A stretch of 64,000 nt of DNA from NCBI GenBank assembly GCA_043228905.1, contig JBHGNT010000005.1, forward strand, positions 14,384,001 to 14,448,000, in the 5' to 3' direction. Below are positions 23,823 through 37,954 of the stretch, one piece after another. The position numbers were made by a program, and so were the translations under genes. The notes beneath the pieces were generated by a model. The model was not told where the DNA came from. It did not search any database and was given only the letters and a program-made list of their open reading frames with translations. Origin of the DNA: Azolla caroliniana (lineage: Eukaryota; Plantae; Polypodiophyta). Each line of letters opens with the position of its first letter. Within the stretch, counting starts at the first letter, position 1.

Positions 23823-25934
23823 CTACCTTCTATCATCATCTTTCTTCTATTCTCTCTCTCTCATGCTCCCAAGTCACAACATGAGAGGACTTTAGAGAGA
23901 GTGAGTGTTATACCAACAGTCGATCGGTACTTGTAACTATGTATTCATAATCAATTATTCTTTCTTGTGGGGTAACCATGTGTGTCTAACATATGCTTTG
24001 AAGTGTATTGTCTGTGTGTAATCGTGAGCCTATAATCAATTGTAGTTTATTCAACGGGATACATGTTATTGTGTTCCTAATGAAGTTCTAGGAGAGGTCT
24101 GTATCCCCGAGTGTCGTGTAGATTAGACGAGCTCAAGTATCAATTATAGAGAAAGAGTTAGCTGGGAACCCTTGGGGTTGAGTTACCTCCCTAACACCTG
24201 CATTCGGCTACGTACACGGTCGACGGGACGACCCGAAGTCCCTTCATCCTGCCGACCACAATTACCTTGATCCGGTTACTCAGAAGTAGTAACTGAGGGT
24301 GTGTTTCTCCAAAAAAGGGGTAACAACAGTGTGAAAAGGGTCACAGATAGATGTATTTACACATCTATACTTGTTTTTTGAAACTGAAATAAGATAGTAG
24401 CTTTTTTCTGTAGAAAAGAAAAACAATTTTCTGGAGAACTGATACTCTCCTTGTCTTGCTCCATCAGTGCTCTTGTGTACACCATTGATCGTAGACACTT
24501 CAGACATCACAACCTTTGTCACCAACCACGTGTTGTGAGTCTTTGGTGGTTGTTTTGTGACTTGTTTGTTGGGCTTAAGTTGTTAGAGAAAATTTTACGA
24601 GTTTATACATTGATAGTGAATTGTTTCTAGACTAGGTCTTATAGTTTTTACCTCCTTGAGGGTTTTCCACGTAAAAGTTTTTGTGGTGTTTCGTGCATAG
24701 TTTTTTGTTGTGTATCTTTATGTTTTCTTTGTATAATTTTTCACAACATAATCTTTGTCTCATATAAGTGGTAAAGTGTTATCGAGATTCCAATCAAATA
24801 GTATTAATGCTGGCTTTTAGCATTTTCTTATGGAATTTTTTTTTTCCACAATGGTTTGCTTGAACGGCACAAACTACCATAAATGGAAAGGGAAGATGAA
24901 AGATGTAGTTTTTGTTATAAATCTACACTTCCCTATTTTCGAAATCGAGACATGTACGAAGCTGAAATTACATTTGTACCAATAATGGTTGTGAATATTT
25001 CATGTTTTTTGGTGGTGTCCTTTGATGTCACCGGTAGGTGAACATGGAATTAAGCATCAAAAGACACCACCAAAAACCCCACATCTAAATGGTTTGGCGG
25101 AAAGGATTAATAGAACTCTAGTTGAGATAGTTAGATGTTTGCACTTAGATGCAAAGGTATCCAAATATTTTCGGGTTGAGGCCTTGAGAGTATCATTTCA
25201 TATGTCATTAATTTATCTCCTACTCTTGCATTGCAGGACGTTGTTCCTAATAGAGCTTGGTATGGTAAGGATGTTTCCTATGATTATTTATGTGTGCTAG
25301 GTTCTAAATGTTTTGTGCATGCTCCTAAAGATGAAAGTTCTAAGTTAGATGTTAAATCTTAACAATGTATCTTTATTGGATATGGCCAAGATGAGTTTGG
25401 TTATAGATGTTATGACCTTGTGGAAAGGAAGCTTATTCAAAGTCATGATGTAGTATTGTCGAAGATCAAACCATTGAAAAGGTAAAAGGGTCAAACACTC
25501 AAATAGACGGTAGTCTTATTGATTTTGACCCAATTCTTATGACCAAAGACGGTACATATGGAGATGCTTCCCAACAAGATGAAGACGGTGAAGATGTTGA
25601 TGAACGAGGTACTACAAATAATAGAGTTGAAGCTAATCATGATGTTATTTTACCGCAGACAGGCATTGAGTTGGGGGGGAGCAAAATTCCTTACAACATA
25701 CGGTTAATTAGCAAACTAGAAGGTCTATTAGAGAATGACAATCGTCTACAAGCTATCCTAGTTCAATTTATGTCTTGATCTTTGAAAATGGGGGATTTAG
25801 AAAGTTTTTATGTTGTTCTCAACCATAAGGATAAGGATAATTGGATAAAGGCCATGCATGATGAAATGACCTCTTAAAGGAAAAATAATACCTTTGATTT
25901 ATGGAACTTCCAAAGGAAAGAATCCTTGAAAATT

Positions 25935-26012
25935 TGTTAAGAAATGGAATGGCAAGAGTGGTTGTAATGCAACGGAAGGTGAGCGTATGTGTGTGTGTGT
26001 GTATAACATCAA

Positions 26013-26049
<37 letters not shown>

Positions 26050-29000
26050 GATGATATTAACAAAATGAGATACATCCAACCGCAACTAAATTACAATGAG
26101 CTGGTTTATATACCAACTAAGCTAGGGCAAGCGCCCTTTCTACTATTTACACAACTAGCTTGGAGTGTCCATGAGCTAGTGTGAAATCTATCTATGGGAA
26201 GTTGAGTTCGATTCTCAACACGCCCCTTCGAACACAACTTCCATCTGTCGGAAAGTCATTCGGTTCGTACTTCGACTTGTCTAGTCGGCTTTGTTGCGTA
26301 TTGCGTAGCCTAACCGTGCTACGTCTGCGTCTACGTACTCCCCCTCAAGCTTGACAGTGTGGACGTTGTGAGATCAAGATCCGATGCAAATTGCCCGAGC
26401 TTGTCGATGCCTAAGGCCTTCGTAAAGATATCAAAGACTTGTAGGTGTGTGCTAATGTGTTGGAGGTCAATTTCTCCAGCCTGGACGCGCTCGCGGATGA
26501 AGTGGTAGTGCACTTCGATGTGTTTAGTCCACGCGTGAAATACGGGGTTACGCGCGAGGTTGTCGCAGTACAAGGATATTGGATCTTTGATGGGTATGCC
26601 CAGATCTTTTAGTATACGCTTAAGCCATACAGCTTCGCATGCGGCGACTGTCGCGCCCCTATATTCGGCTTCAGTCCTCGACACTACGACTGTCAGTTGT
26701 TTCTTGCTGCTCCAGGAGATCGCTCCGTTGCCGAGGGAGAAGAAGAATCCGGATGTGGATCGTCTATCCACTTTGTATCCTGCCCAGTCCACGTCGCGTC
26801 TGTGTACCCTTCAAGTCGAATGGTCGTATTCAACTTATACAAGAAGTCATGATCCATTGTCGTATTGACATACCGTAGTATCCTCTTAGCACAATCAAGA
26901 TGAAGGTTACGCGGATTCTGCATGAATTGACTAAGTAGGCCGATCGAATAACTTAGGTCAAGTCGCGTAATGCTGAGATAGATCAAGCTATCGATCAGTT
27001 GGCGATACTGAGTCAGTTCAATCTCGACCGTGCCAGAACTGGCATCAATCTGGATATTGCGATCAAGGGGGGTAGTCACAGGTTTGCACTCTGTCATTCC
27101 GAATTTGTAAAGTAGGTTGAGGACGTAGTGCCGTTGTGAGATCATTATCCCGATTGGTGTCCGAATTACTTCAATACCACTATAAAGTAATGAAGTTCGT
27201 GCAGGTCTTTCATTTCGAATCTGTCGAAAAGAAGTGATTTAACTTTGCTAATCTCGGCAAGATCCTTTCCTCCGATGACCAAATGATCCACGTACAAGAG
27301 GATGATTATCGGGCTATCCGACTCGTTTTGGATGTACAGGAAACTGTCAGATTTTGACATCTGAAATCCGACTTGATGAAGATACTACGTGATTTTCGAA
27401 TGCCAAGCACGCGGTGCTTGTTTGAGGCCGTAAAGGGGCTTCTTGAGTCGGCATACGGCGTGTGGATGAGTACGCGATTCGAATCCGGGTGGTTGTGTCA
27501 TATACACCTCTTCTTCTAGCTCTCCTTGGAGGAAGGCGTTTTTCACATCCATCTCATGGAGGTGCCACCCTTTTGCTGCTGCTAGCGCGATTACAGTTCG
27601 TATTGTCGTCATCTTTGCCACCGGGGCAAAGTTTTTTTCATAGTCTATGTCATGTGTCTGTGCGTAGCCTTTTGCAATGAGCCATGCTTTGAAGCAATTT
27701 ACGAAACCATCAGCATTGTGCTTCACCTTATAAATCCACCTGCAACCAATTGATTTCTTGTTGGGGAGGAGAGGAACGAGATCCAATTTCTCATTTTTGC
27801 ATAACGCTTCCATCTCCTCATTCATCGCGTTGACCCATCGAGGATCCTTTGCAGCTTCGGAAAGTGTTTCCGGTTCCCGTACTGATGTTACCTTCATCAT
27901 GAATGCGTAATGATACGCCATGTATTCGTCGTAGCCATAGCGGTTTACAGGGTTCTTCTCGCGCGTGGATCGGCATGGCTTGTCATTTGGGGGTTTCTTC
28001 ACATCGTCCGTGTGGATGTAAAGGCCTTCGACCTCACTATCGAGATCAAAATGATATTCATACTCCTGCATTTTCGCCTTGCCTTTGTCTAGCAGTGGAC
28101 TCGGTCGAGATGTGCTTTGATCACTTGGGGGCTCTTATGGTCCGCTTAGCCATGTCGAGATTGGACTTTCTTCGTGCATATGCGTGAGACGATCTTCGGC
28201 TTCTATTCTTATTTCGGTGTTATCCGCATCGAGCGAGGTTGGAGTCGAAGTATTCTCCTGTGCGTACCAGGATGCGTATTCATCGAAGACTACGTCTCGA
28301 CTTGTTCGAACCTTATGGGTAGATGGGTTGTAGCATTTGTACGCCTTTTGTTCGAGTGAGTATCCTACGAGGATACATTTCTTCGACTTTGGGTCAAGCT
28401 TTTGCCGCATATTGTCGGAAATATGTACGTAGGCTATAGAGCCGAAAATGTGGACATGTGATAAGTCCAGCTTCTTTCCAAAGAAGTTCTCATGAGGAGT
28501 TATGTCGTGTACTCCTGAGGTTGTGCATCTATTCATGAGGTATACGGCCGTGTTCGCCGCTTCTTCCTAGTACGATTTCGGTAGGTTCTTCTCATTCATC
28601 ATGGCGCGTGCGACTTCTACTATGTGGCGGTTTTTACGCTCACCTACGCCATTTTGCTGAGGTGTATGTCGACATGAGAACTCTCGTCGGACTCCTTCCT
28701 TGCGGAGATACGCTGAGAACTCAACCAAAAAATATTCTTTCCCTCCATCTTATCGAAGGCCGCGTACATGCCGGCCCGTGGCTTTTTCCACTTCGGCTTT
28801 GAACTTCTGGATGTGGCCGAACACTGTACTCTTTTGCTTCATCAGATAAATCCAGGTATTTCTGGAGAAGTTGTCGATGAACGTGACATAGTAATGGCAT
28901 CCGCCGAAAGTAGTTATTTGGGCTGGTCCCCACACGTCTGAATGTATGACATCCAGGATCCCTTTGCTTACATTCTGCTCTTTTGGAAATGGATGACGGC

Positions 29001-30121
29001 GTTGCTTTCCGAACTGGCATGCTTTGCACACGCCCGTGATCTCCTTTGCTGTAAAGTTCGGAAGTTCGATTACGACTCCTTTTGTCTGCATGTTCTGAAG
29101 CTTCTGGAGATTGATGTGGCCGATTCTCTTGTGCCAACTTTAAGTCGGTTTCGAGTTTCTGGCCTTTTGCGTACATGGCCGACTTTACTTCACTCGACTC
29201 AAGGATGAACATACGGTCTTCTCGTCTGCCGTGAGCTACAATTTGATCGCCTTTTTCAATGAAGCACCCATCGTTGTTAAAGCGTACCTACATTCCTTGT
29301 TCTACAATCTGGCCGACCAAGACCAGATTTTTCGTGATGGTGGGAACATGCAATACGTTCTTAAGGTAGGTATGTTCGCCGTCGTTTCCGAATGGGACAT
29401 TCCCAATATGTTGTATTGGATGAGTCGTATCATCACCTTGCGAGAATAGCCGATCTAATTGCGCCAAAACGCGGTGCTAAGCCTCTGAGGCATATCTGCA
29501 CCAGGTCATCATCGTCAATGACAATGTTGATCGATCCAAGGGCGTCACATAGCTCCTTGATCTTCAAGGTAAAGTTGCCGATTGACATGTCCCTTTGTTG
29601 AAGATTGTTCAGCTCCTGTCGAAGTTGGAGCTTTCATGCGGCCGTATTGGCTGTGAAGATCTTCTTGAGGTTTTCCCACGCCTGCTTCGGTGTTTTATCC
29701 TCTCGAATGTAGCCAAGCATATGATCATGAACACATGATGCAAGGCAATACAACACACGGTTTGCGGCCTGCTCCCAAGCGGGATAGTCAGTGTGTGTTG
29801 GGTTGGGGACTTGTGATTCGTGAGCTCCATCGATGTAGCTCCAGTAGCCTTGTCCGACAAGATATTGATGCATCTTGTATTCCCAAGATGCAAAGTTCGT
29901 TCTGTCGAGCTTCTCGGTAGGAAGAGCGCTTCCCATTTGATTATTCATGGTGATTTCTTCTCTGTCGATGGGTCGGCTCTGTTGATCGTTGGCGTGCAGC
30001 ACAACACAGTCGAAAATTGCTTGATCAGGCAACCACACGCTCTGATACCATGTTAAGAAATGGAATGGCAAGAGTGGTTGTAATGCAGCGGAAGGTGAGC
30101 GTATGTGTGTGTGTGTATAAC

Positions 30122-30161
<40 letters not shown>

Positions 30162-30342
30162 CAAAAGTATATATGATATTAACAAAACGAGATACATCCA
30201 ACCACAACTAAATTACAATGAGTTGGTTTATATACCAACTAAGCTAGGGCAAGCACCCTTTCTACTATTTACACAACTAGCTTGGAGTGTCCATGAGCTG
30301 GTGTGAAATCTATCTATGGGAAGTTGAGTTCGATTCTCAACA
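25935..30342 (-). mobile_element. Copia element G, full span (LTRs 25935-26220 and 30051-30342; Met-i PBS 30039-30050; decayed gag-pol with an internal deletion)
   Basis: Matching LTRs; TSD AAATT/AAAAT; TGGTATCAGAGC on the minus strand; HSDVWGP, MDVKNAFL and [13 protein letters not shown] motifs. Confidence 0.93.
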
Positions 30343-30427
30343 AAAATAAATGGGTATTCAAGTTGAAACAAGGTGATGGTAACCTTGTAAAACATTTGAC
30401 TCCTTTTCAGACAAAAGAAAGGTATTG

Positions 30428-30585
30428 TTTTTTTTTTTAAAGAAGGTTCACCTTGGTATTAATGGAAAGATGCCGAAAGGCTACAACGAATTCATACAAT
30501 ATATCACAACCCTCATATCCACATCAACCAGCATGTCAAGTATCAAAAACCCTCATGTAGGGTTGTTCCAAGACGGGGGGGTGGA
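30428..30585 (-). mobile_element. Short poly(A)-tailed retroposed insert (SINE or truncated LINE)
   Basis: 15-bp TSD AAAAGAAAGGTATTG (30413-30427 and 30586-30600), with a T-run at the left end. Confidence 0.8.
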
Positions 30586-30759
30586 AAAAGAAAGGTATTG
30601 ATTTTGATGAAATTTTCTCACCAATAGTGAAAATGAGTTCTATTCGAGTTATTTTAAGTTTGGAAACTAGTTTAAAACTTGAGATTGAGTAGCTTGATGT
30701 GAAGACTGCCTTCTTGCATTGAGACTTGATAGAAGAGATCTACATGGAACAACCCCGTG

Positions 30760-31737
30760 TTGCAAATAGCTCAGGATAATATAAAAATGACTTAGGATAG
30801 AGCACGATTTTATGTTGACCATCATCATTACCTCATGTTCTTTTCCCTCGAGAGAACATGTTTTTATATGTGCCTCATGACTCTACAACGTTGTCTACGG
30901 GTAAGTGTGCTAAATTTGCCACACGTTTTTGTGGACCTTTCACAATCCTCAAGTGCATTGTCTATTGCCCCGATCTTCCAACTTGCATCAAAGTCCATCA
31001 TGTCTTTCATGTTAGTCATCTCAAAGAGCTCTTAGGTTTGGTAATAATTCAGTTTCCATCAAAAATCCATTTATTCTTCAGGATTTTTAATCCAAACCTC
31101 ATAAGCCAAAAAACAAATTCAATTCAAAAACTAAACATTAACATTCTAAGCATATTTGAGAGTTTAAATTTAAATGGATGGATGGTTTGATTAAATATGT
31201 TACTTGTGAGTGAGAAGATGCTCTTAAAACAAACTTCCCTGACTTTTCTTTGCAAGAGTGCAATCTTTTGGAAATGGGGAGTATGTTATGAGCATAACCA
31301 TAACCATAGTTGTGGGCTAATTTGTAAGGACAATGAGTGAGGATTGAATTATCTCAATACTAAGGTAGGAGAAAACTTTAGAGTGTTTCATAAGTTTGCT
31401 ACTTCTATAAAAAAAAGCAACCAAGTGTGAAACACATAAGAGCCTAGGGTTTGAGCCTATATAAGAAGGCTACCAACCTGCTTGAAGGGGGATCTCTTTT
31501 CTTTATTGTTTTGAAATAGAGACTTTTATAGTGTGGCAAAGCTTTACCTTCATACATGTCTGCCTCATTGTTCTCCAAACCCAAGGTACGATCCATGTTT
31601 GTACACGGTGGTATAGGACATCGATGGGGGACTTAGATCCGTTTCTCACCTTCCTAGGGGATGGCCAACTGGATTGGTGCCCTTTCTTCCTTAATTTTCC
31701 ACTTTAATTTGTCTTAACATTAATTAAGGTTCTAACA
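30760..31737 (+). mobile_element. Chromovirus 3' end (integrase GPF region, PPT, LTR 31284-31737)
   Basis: TGKCAKFATRFCGPF and KVHHVFHVSHLKE motifs; GAAATGGGGAGTA then TGTTATG; the LTR is homologous to 43485-43940. Confidence 0.72.
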
Positions 31738-34343
31738 CTCATCCTCTTTAATTTTGCTTAACCTTTCATATGCATGCACGTAACTTTGTGACAACGTATG
31801 TGTGAATAAGAGTAACTGAGTATGGGTGTTTATATGTGTCTTTTGCGTATATATCTTAATTTAAAGATGTATGTATATAAGTGTGTGCCAAACTAGCATG
31901 TGTGAAGGCAAAGCTTGGACCAAGCCTAATCTTGAGGTTTGGATGCTCCAATTGAGGTCTTGGCTTGATTAAATTGTTGAGAATCAAGCCCAACATAGTG
32001 CAACGTGTGAACACACCTTTTGAGAATCCGTGATTACTCAAAGGTCAAGAGTCACACCACTCTCTACACATTAATTATGTGTCATAGAATCATATTCTAT
32101 GACACATAACTAATGAGTTACATATTCCCCATGACTATGAGTCTTCACATTCCCCAAGAGAGAGAGTGGTTATTGTAAAGTTAATGAAGAGAGAGGGTGA
32201 CTCTATATAAAGCACCCTCCTCATACTTCATACTAAGTTGGTTGTGACTCCTTATTATGCTACATTTTGTAATTCTTATTCTACTTGTGAAATATACACT
32301 TTCTTGAGTATTCCTTTTTCTATCTATCTTGTGTTCTCTCATCTCTCCTCTAATTCCTCTCACACATACACATAACACACATCTCTTCCGCTCCACAAGA
32401 ATTATACCATCGATTCTTTACATGGTATCTGAGGGATTTGGTAGCTCGATCAAGCCCACTCGCCTCATCGTCATCATGTGTTGTGCTCTACGCCGATGTT
32501 AAAGAAGAACCGGCTCATCGCTATCGTAGTACCACTACATAGCTCGTGTTCGGGAGTATCCACGGGATACGGCAACAAAATCTAACGTGGGAGGCATTTG
32601 AAGAGGTGCTAAAGACCACGTTCGCCATCGAGGACTCCTCCAAGGCAACGAGGAGGGGATTCGAAGATTGGGTGGAAACACCGGATAAGGGGATGAAGGT
32701 CCTCGATGTGTTTTCGTCATTCGAAAGTCAGTTCGGAAGGTTGTCTGTGAGAGATCAAGCTATCCTCGCACTGGACAAAGTGATCATGTTCCTACGAGTC
32801 GTGGACATCCGAGACCGGAAATATCTTGGAGTACTTTTGGAGGACACGACCACTGAGAGTGGCCTCACCGAAACATGGGAAAGCGTTTGGGACATCGTCG
32901 CACGATACACGAAGACGGGGCAATGGCTTGCTAGCGAAGAAAAGAGGGTTTCAGAACCGATTCCGAGACCGAGATCTGGATTGGAAGACCATCAACCGAG
33001 GGCTCAGGAGACTACAACCGAGAAGGGAATCGATGCAACCACGGTGGAGCAGTTGCTGAAAGAAATGGAGAATCTAAAAATCGCGATGGTAAAGAAGTCA
33101 GATGACCGTCCCACAAGCTCCAAGTATATGGACCGTCAGTGCATATGGTGCGATGGCACCGAACATGATCGGAGGGATTGCGACGAGCACAAGGAGGCGT
33201 TACGACGGGATCTTATCTACTACGAGGGAAAGCGGATCCATTCGATGGACTCTCAGAAACCACTCCGACCGAACTTACGGAAAGGCGGCATGAAGAAGGT
33301 CCTCGAGGAGGAAATAGTGGTGAAAATCGATTATGCGACAACTGCGGGAATACGTGTCGGGGAGTCATCGGGAGCAAAGGCATCTTTTTGGCCGGAAGTG
33401 CTAGGAAACCCCAAGAAAACCGATTCCAATGATATCCGAAGCACCGCGGAAGGCATTCGAGAAGCTACAGGATGGGAGTGTCCCGTTGATAAGAATAGTG
33501 TACACCTATGCCAATTGCATGAGGTGTATGTAGACGAGAAACGACGGCGCATGGATGATGCGGCCGAACCATCAAAGACACCAGAAAGCTTGAACTCTGG
33601 AGGGAAGGGGAAAGAAAAGACAATTCTGGCATTCAAACTCGCCTCGGACATCGAACAACAAACGGACTTGAAAAAAGTGTTCGAGGAGAGAGTCCTCGAG
33701 TGGGCCGGGTGGAATTCTCGCTTCGGGAATTACTCGGAATAGCAAAGATGGAGTTCCATGATCTTCTTGTGGATCTCGTGAAGAGAAAAAGACAAAGTAC
33801 GGAGGAGAACGCTCCAAGGGTAAATGCGAACACGGTTTTAATGAATGACACCGAAGTGGAGGACGAAATTCCGAACTCCCACTACACAAGGCCACACTGG
33901 GCACATGCAACTACGGAGACTCCGGTCCGAATCGGCAACATCAAAGAGCCCGTGCTAGCATTGATTGATCACGGATCGGAGATCAATTTGATGTCCAAGG
34001 AGTTCTACCGGAAGGGGAAGTGGCCTATAAACACTAACCATGGATGGAAGATCCGGGCAGCCACTAAAGCAACGGAAGATCTATTTGCGGCTTGTCCGGA
34101 TGTGACGGTGAAGATTGGGGATATCAAGATCGACCAAAATTTCTTCGTAGAAGACGAGGTCTCACATTCCGTGAGCCTCGAGCAAGCCTTTATCACGGCT
34201 TCACGGATGGAGACAAAGGTGCTCGATAGCGGTGCGGCTTTCGCACAAATTCGGAGCCAAAGCGGAGGGAAATCCGTCCAATTCCTAACTGTGCCGGAAA
34301 ATCATGAAAGGAACAAGAGAGAGCTCTTGTCCCAAACAAGAAT

Positions 34344-34407
34344 GGATTTTTAGAGCGGACTGTTGCGGAGTGGGGAAGTGATAGTCCAAGAAGCCCTGAT
34401 ACCCCAC
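34344..34407 (+). promoter_or_regulatory. Predicted -1 ribosomal frameshift signal (G GAU UUU + pseudoknot), element E
   Basis: Heptamer directly before the protease-frame TAG; stems GGACTGTT/GATAGTCC and GTGGGG/CCCCAC; downstream pol is in the -1 frame. Confidence 0.75.
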
Positions 34408-37400
34408 ACAGGAAGAAAACACTCAGAGCAAAACAAGTACGAATCGGTCCGGATGGGGCATCTAGGTACACGGTCGTAACCGGAGGAAAGAAGAAAGAAT
34501 ACCGAAAAGTAGAGGATAAGTTGCGGTAGGCATCAATAATAAAAGAAGATGAAGAAATCGTGGGGGTAGTCGAAGAAGTGTTCTATGGGAGCACGCTACA
34601 ACGGCTTGAAGAGCTTGTGGAGGATACAAGCCAAGGAGACTGGGTAGTCCCAGTGGAATCGGTCGAGATGTACGAGATCATTGCGAAAATGGGGCCGGAT
34701 GCGCTCCGCAAAGAAGAAGCAATGGTAAGTACGAAATACAAGACCATGGAGAAGAAAGTGAAACTGGCCGCAGGACCGTTACCCGCCGATAGCGAGCAAA
34801 AGAGGAAAGAAGTCTCAGGAGATCCAACACTTCGGAAGTCCGTGGATATCGGACATGCCTTCACGAATGAGACTCGGAAGAAACTTCGGATCGGTGGAGG
34901 TGGTTTCCTTTTACAAAATGAAGAAGAACGATTCCGTGGGATGTTGGAACAACATGGGAAAGCATTTGCATTCACATCGAAGGAGATAGGGTGTGTGGAT
35001 CCGAAGATAGTGGAGCCAATGGTGATCTTCACGATTGACCATGTGCCGTGGAACCTGAAGCCGATTCCGATGGCGCGGGGGCGCATATTCCCAAAATCAT
35101 CGACTTGCTCAAGGAGAAGGTGGCGACGGGGATTCTAGAGCCATCAAATGCTCCGTACTCAAATCGATGGTTTACAATTCCGAAGAAGAATGGGTCACTC
35201 CGATTTATCCAAGACTTGCAACTAGTGAACAAAGTCACGATCCGGAACTCCGGAGTCGGTCCGATAGTGGACGAATTTGCGGAAGCATTTGCCGGTCGTG
35301 CGATATACTCCATCGGAGACCTATACTCGGGGTATGACCAATTCCAACTAGCCGTGGAGAGCCGAGACATCACTACCATGCGAACACCGATAGGATTAGT
35401 CCGAATGTGCACACTACCGCAAGGAGCGACAAACTCGGTTGCACATATGATGAACACGATGAACAAAGTGCTTCAAGATTGCACTCCGGAGATAATGATG
35501 CCGTTCCTAGATGACATTCTGATGAAAGGATGCATGGTAGAAGAAAAAGATGAAACTATGGATGATCGGGGATGCCGAAAGTTCGTAGTCGACCATATTC
35601 GTGATTGCGAGAAAGTGCTTCGAAAGTTAGAAGATGTGCACCTAACACTTTCTGGGGAGAAATCAGCATTCGGGCGAGAAGAGATATTGGTAGTCGGACA
35701 TCTATGTGGGCCCTACGGCCAAAGACCGTCACCAACCAAGATCGATACGATTCAAGCTATGAAAGAAGTATGCGAGTCACAATCTGAAGTCCGAAGGTTT
35801 CTTGGAGCTTGTGCATTTTATCACATATGGATTCCACACTATGCACATATTGCGGACCCACTCTATAACTTATTGCGGAAGGGGAAGAAGTTCGAATGGA
35901 AACCGGAACACACCAAAGCCATGAAGAAGCTCAGGAAAACACTACGGAGGGTTGAAGCACTTAAGAAACCGAGCTATGAGCGACCGATCATAGTAACGGT
36001 TGATACAAGTCCAACTGGGATCGGATGGGTCATCAATCAAGCTGACTCGGATGGTTTGCGATATCCGATCCGATTTGGAGCAAAGGTTCTCAACGAAAGG
36101 CAACACGGATATGCACAAGTCAAAGGAGAATTATGGGGAGTTGTGTCAGCAATCAAATCGGATCGAGATTATTTGATCGGAGCCGAAGTAGTGATCGAAA
36201 CGGATTGTCTTCCGATACTCGGGATGATGCGGTGTTGCACGATACTAGATGTGGCTATGCTAAGATGGATTGCATATGTTAAATCGCTTAACCCGAACGT
36301 ACGACACATCTCCGGAAAAGAAATGCAGTAGCGGATATGCTATCAAGGGCTCGGTTTGGAGACGACATAGCCGAATCCGATAATGAAGAAGTTTCTGAAA
36401 ACTATTTTGCTTCGAAGCACATATGCCGAGTAAACGTAATCCGAGAATTCCGAGAAGAAGAATACGAGGGAGAAAGCTTGATGATCGGGAAGCTGCTACA
36501 AGAGATTGAGGAATCATCGGACGATAAAGAGAAGAGAGCCGAGAGCCGAGATCCGAAGGAAGAAGAGGCAAGTCCAAAAGTTCTTCTTGAAAAATGGATT
36601 AATATGGAGGGAGCCGAAAAGACCGGATGGTATATCACTTCGGGTAGTCGGGACGAAAGAGCAACGAAACCGGATAATGTCCAAGTTTCACGAATCCGAT
36701 TGGGCTGGACATTGAGGAACATGGGCAACTTTTGTGAAAATCAAACAAAAATATTGGTGGAAGAATATGTAGAAAGATATAGCGGAGTTCACAGGAAGCT
36801 ACGAGAAGTGTCAAATCTACTTCGGAGTTCGAAACCGAGATGAGTTACATCCGACATTCTCACCGACAATCAACTTCAAATGGATGGTTGACATTGTAGC
36901 CATGCCAATCAGGATCGGACAAAAGAAGTACTTGGTGTTAGCTCGGGAAGATCTCACAAACCAAGTAAAAGGTCGGGCGCTACGAAGGAAAACGTGTTCT
37001 GCGGTATGCCACTTTCTTTTGGAGGAGGTGTTTTGCAGGTACGGGTGCGTAGGACAAGTGATTGCGGATCGGGGAGAACTCGACTCTGATAAAGCTAGGG
37101 AATTCTTCACCAAACATGGAGTTCGGTTAACACTAACAACAGCATACAATCCGGAGGCCAACAGGAAAATCGAACGAGGATATAGTCCGATCGTCAAAGC
37201 TCTTGCCAAAGCATGCGACAGAAGGGTGAAGGATTGGTCGCAAATGCTTTCGTATGCACTATGGGCGGATCGGACGACGCATAGCTCAATGACCGGGTTT
37301 ATGCCAGCCGAACTCATGACCGGACAAGCACCGGTAATGCCGACGGAAACCGCGATCGTGACATGGACAATGCTACCATGGAAGGAAGAGATGAGCCGGG

Positions 37401-37890
37401 AAGAACTACTAGCGGTCCGGATACAACAACTAGAGGGAAGACCGGAAGACATAGCGGAAGCAACACGCCGACAACAAGAAGCGCAATTCCGGAACAAATG
37501 CCGATTCGACACAAAGCATCGACTACGTTCGCGGAAGATTGAAGAAGGAGATTGGGTGATTGTCTATGACAGTAGTCTGGATCATCAACATACAACGATA
37601 CGGCGAATAATGAGCATCGGGAACTTCGGCACATACTGGAGGATGTGCGAGTTTGGGGGGGGCGAGTGTCGTAGTGTAATTCGCACACTACGTGAAAATT
37701 GTATTTTGGTTCCTCCGGATGGGACAAGGAGGAACCAGTAAGGACCCGATAAGAAGAACCGGTGAGAACCGACAAGGAGGACCCGGTAAGAACCGGATCA
37801 AGCAAAACCGGCAGCCGGATAAAGAAGGCCGGTGAGAGTCTCTCACCGGATGAAGAGACAAATTTGTAAATAGAAAAAAATATTGTTACG

Positions 37891-37954
37891 TGCATAGGAC
37901 AGGATTCGACCCTATACCTCCACGTAGACAAGCCCCAACCTTACCATTGTACTA
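37891..37954 (-). promoter_or_regulatory. tRNA-like A/B-box module in the E LTR
   Basis: Minus strand TAGTACAATGG...TAGGGTCGAATCCTG. Confidence 0.6.

Larger units (their letters stand above)
20029..23881 (+). mobile_element. Chromovirus-type (Tcn1-like) Gypsy 3' part: decayed RT-RH-IN, PPT 22352-22366, 3' LTR 22367-23881 containing a LINE insertion
   Basis: KLEKCSF, EFLGYIVS, FLGFTNFY, NYEIHDEEL, WKSISLDFIT and HPVFHVSLLEP motifs; PPT AAAAGGGGGGGATAA then TGTCATG...CACAACA. Confidence 0.85.
24330..30755 (+). mobile_element. Old degenerate Copia element H (host of G)
   Basis: LNGTNYHKWKGKMKD, PKTPHLNGLAERINRTL, KNKWVFK and LDVKTAFLH...EEIYMEQP remnants; boundaries approximate. Confidence 0.7.
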
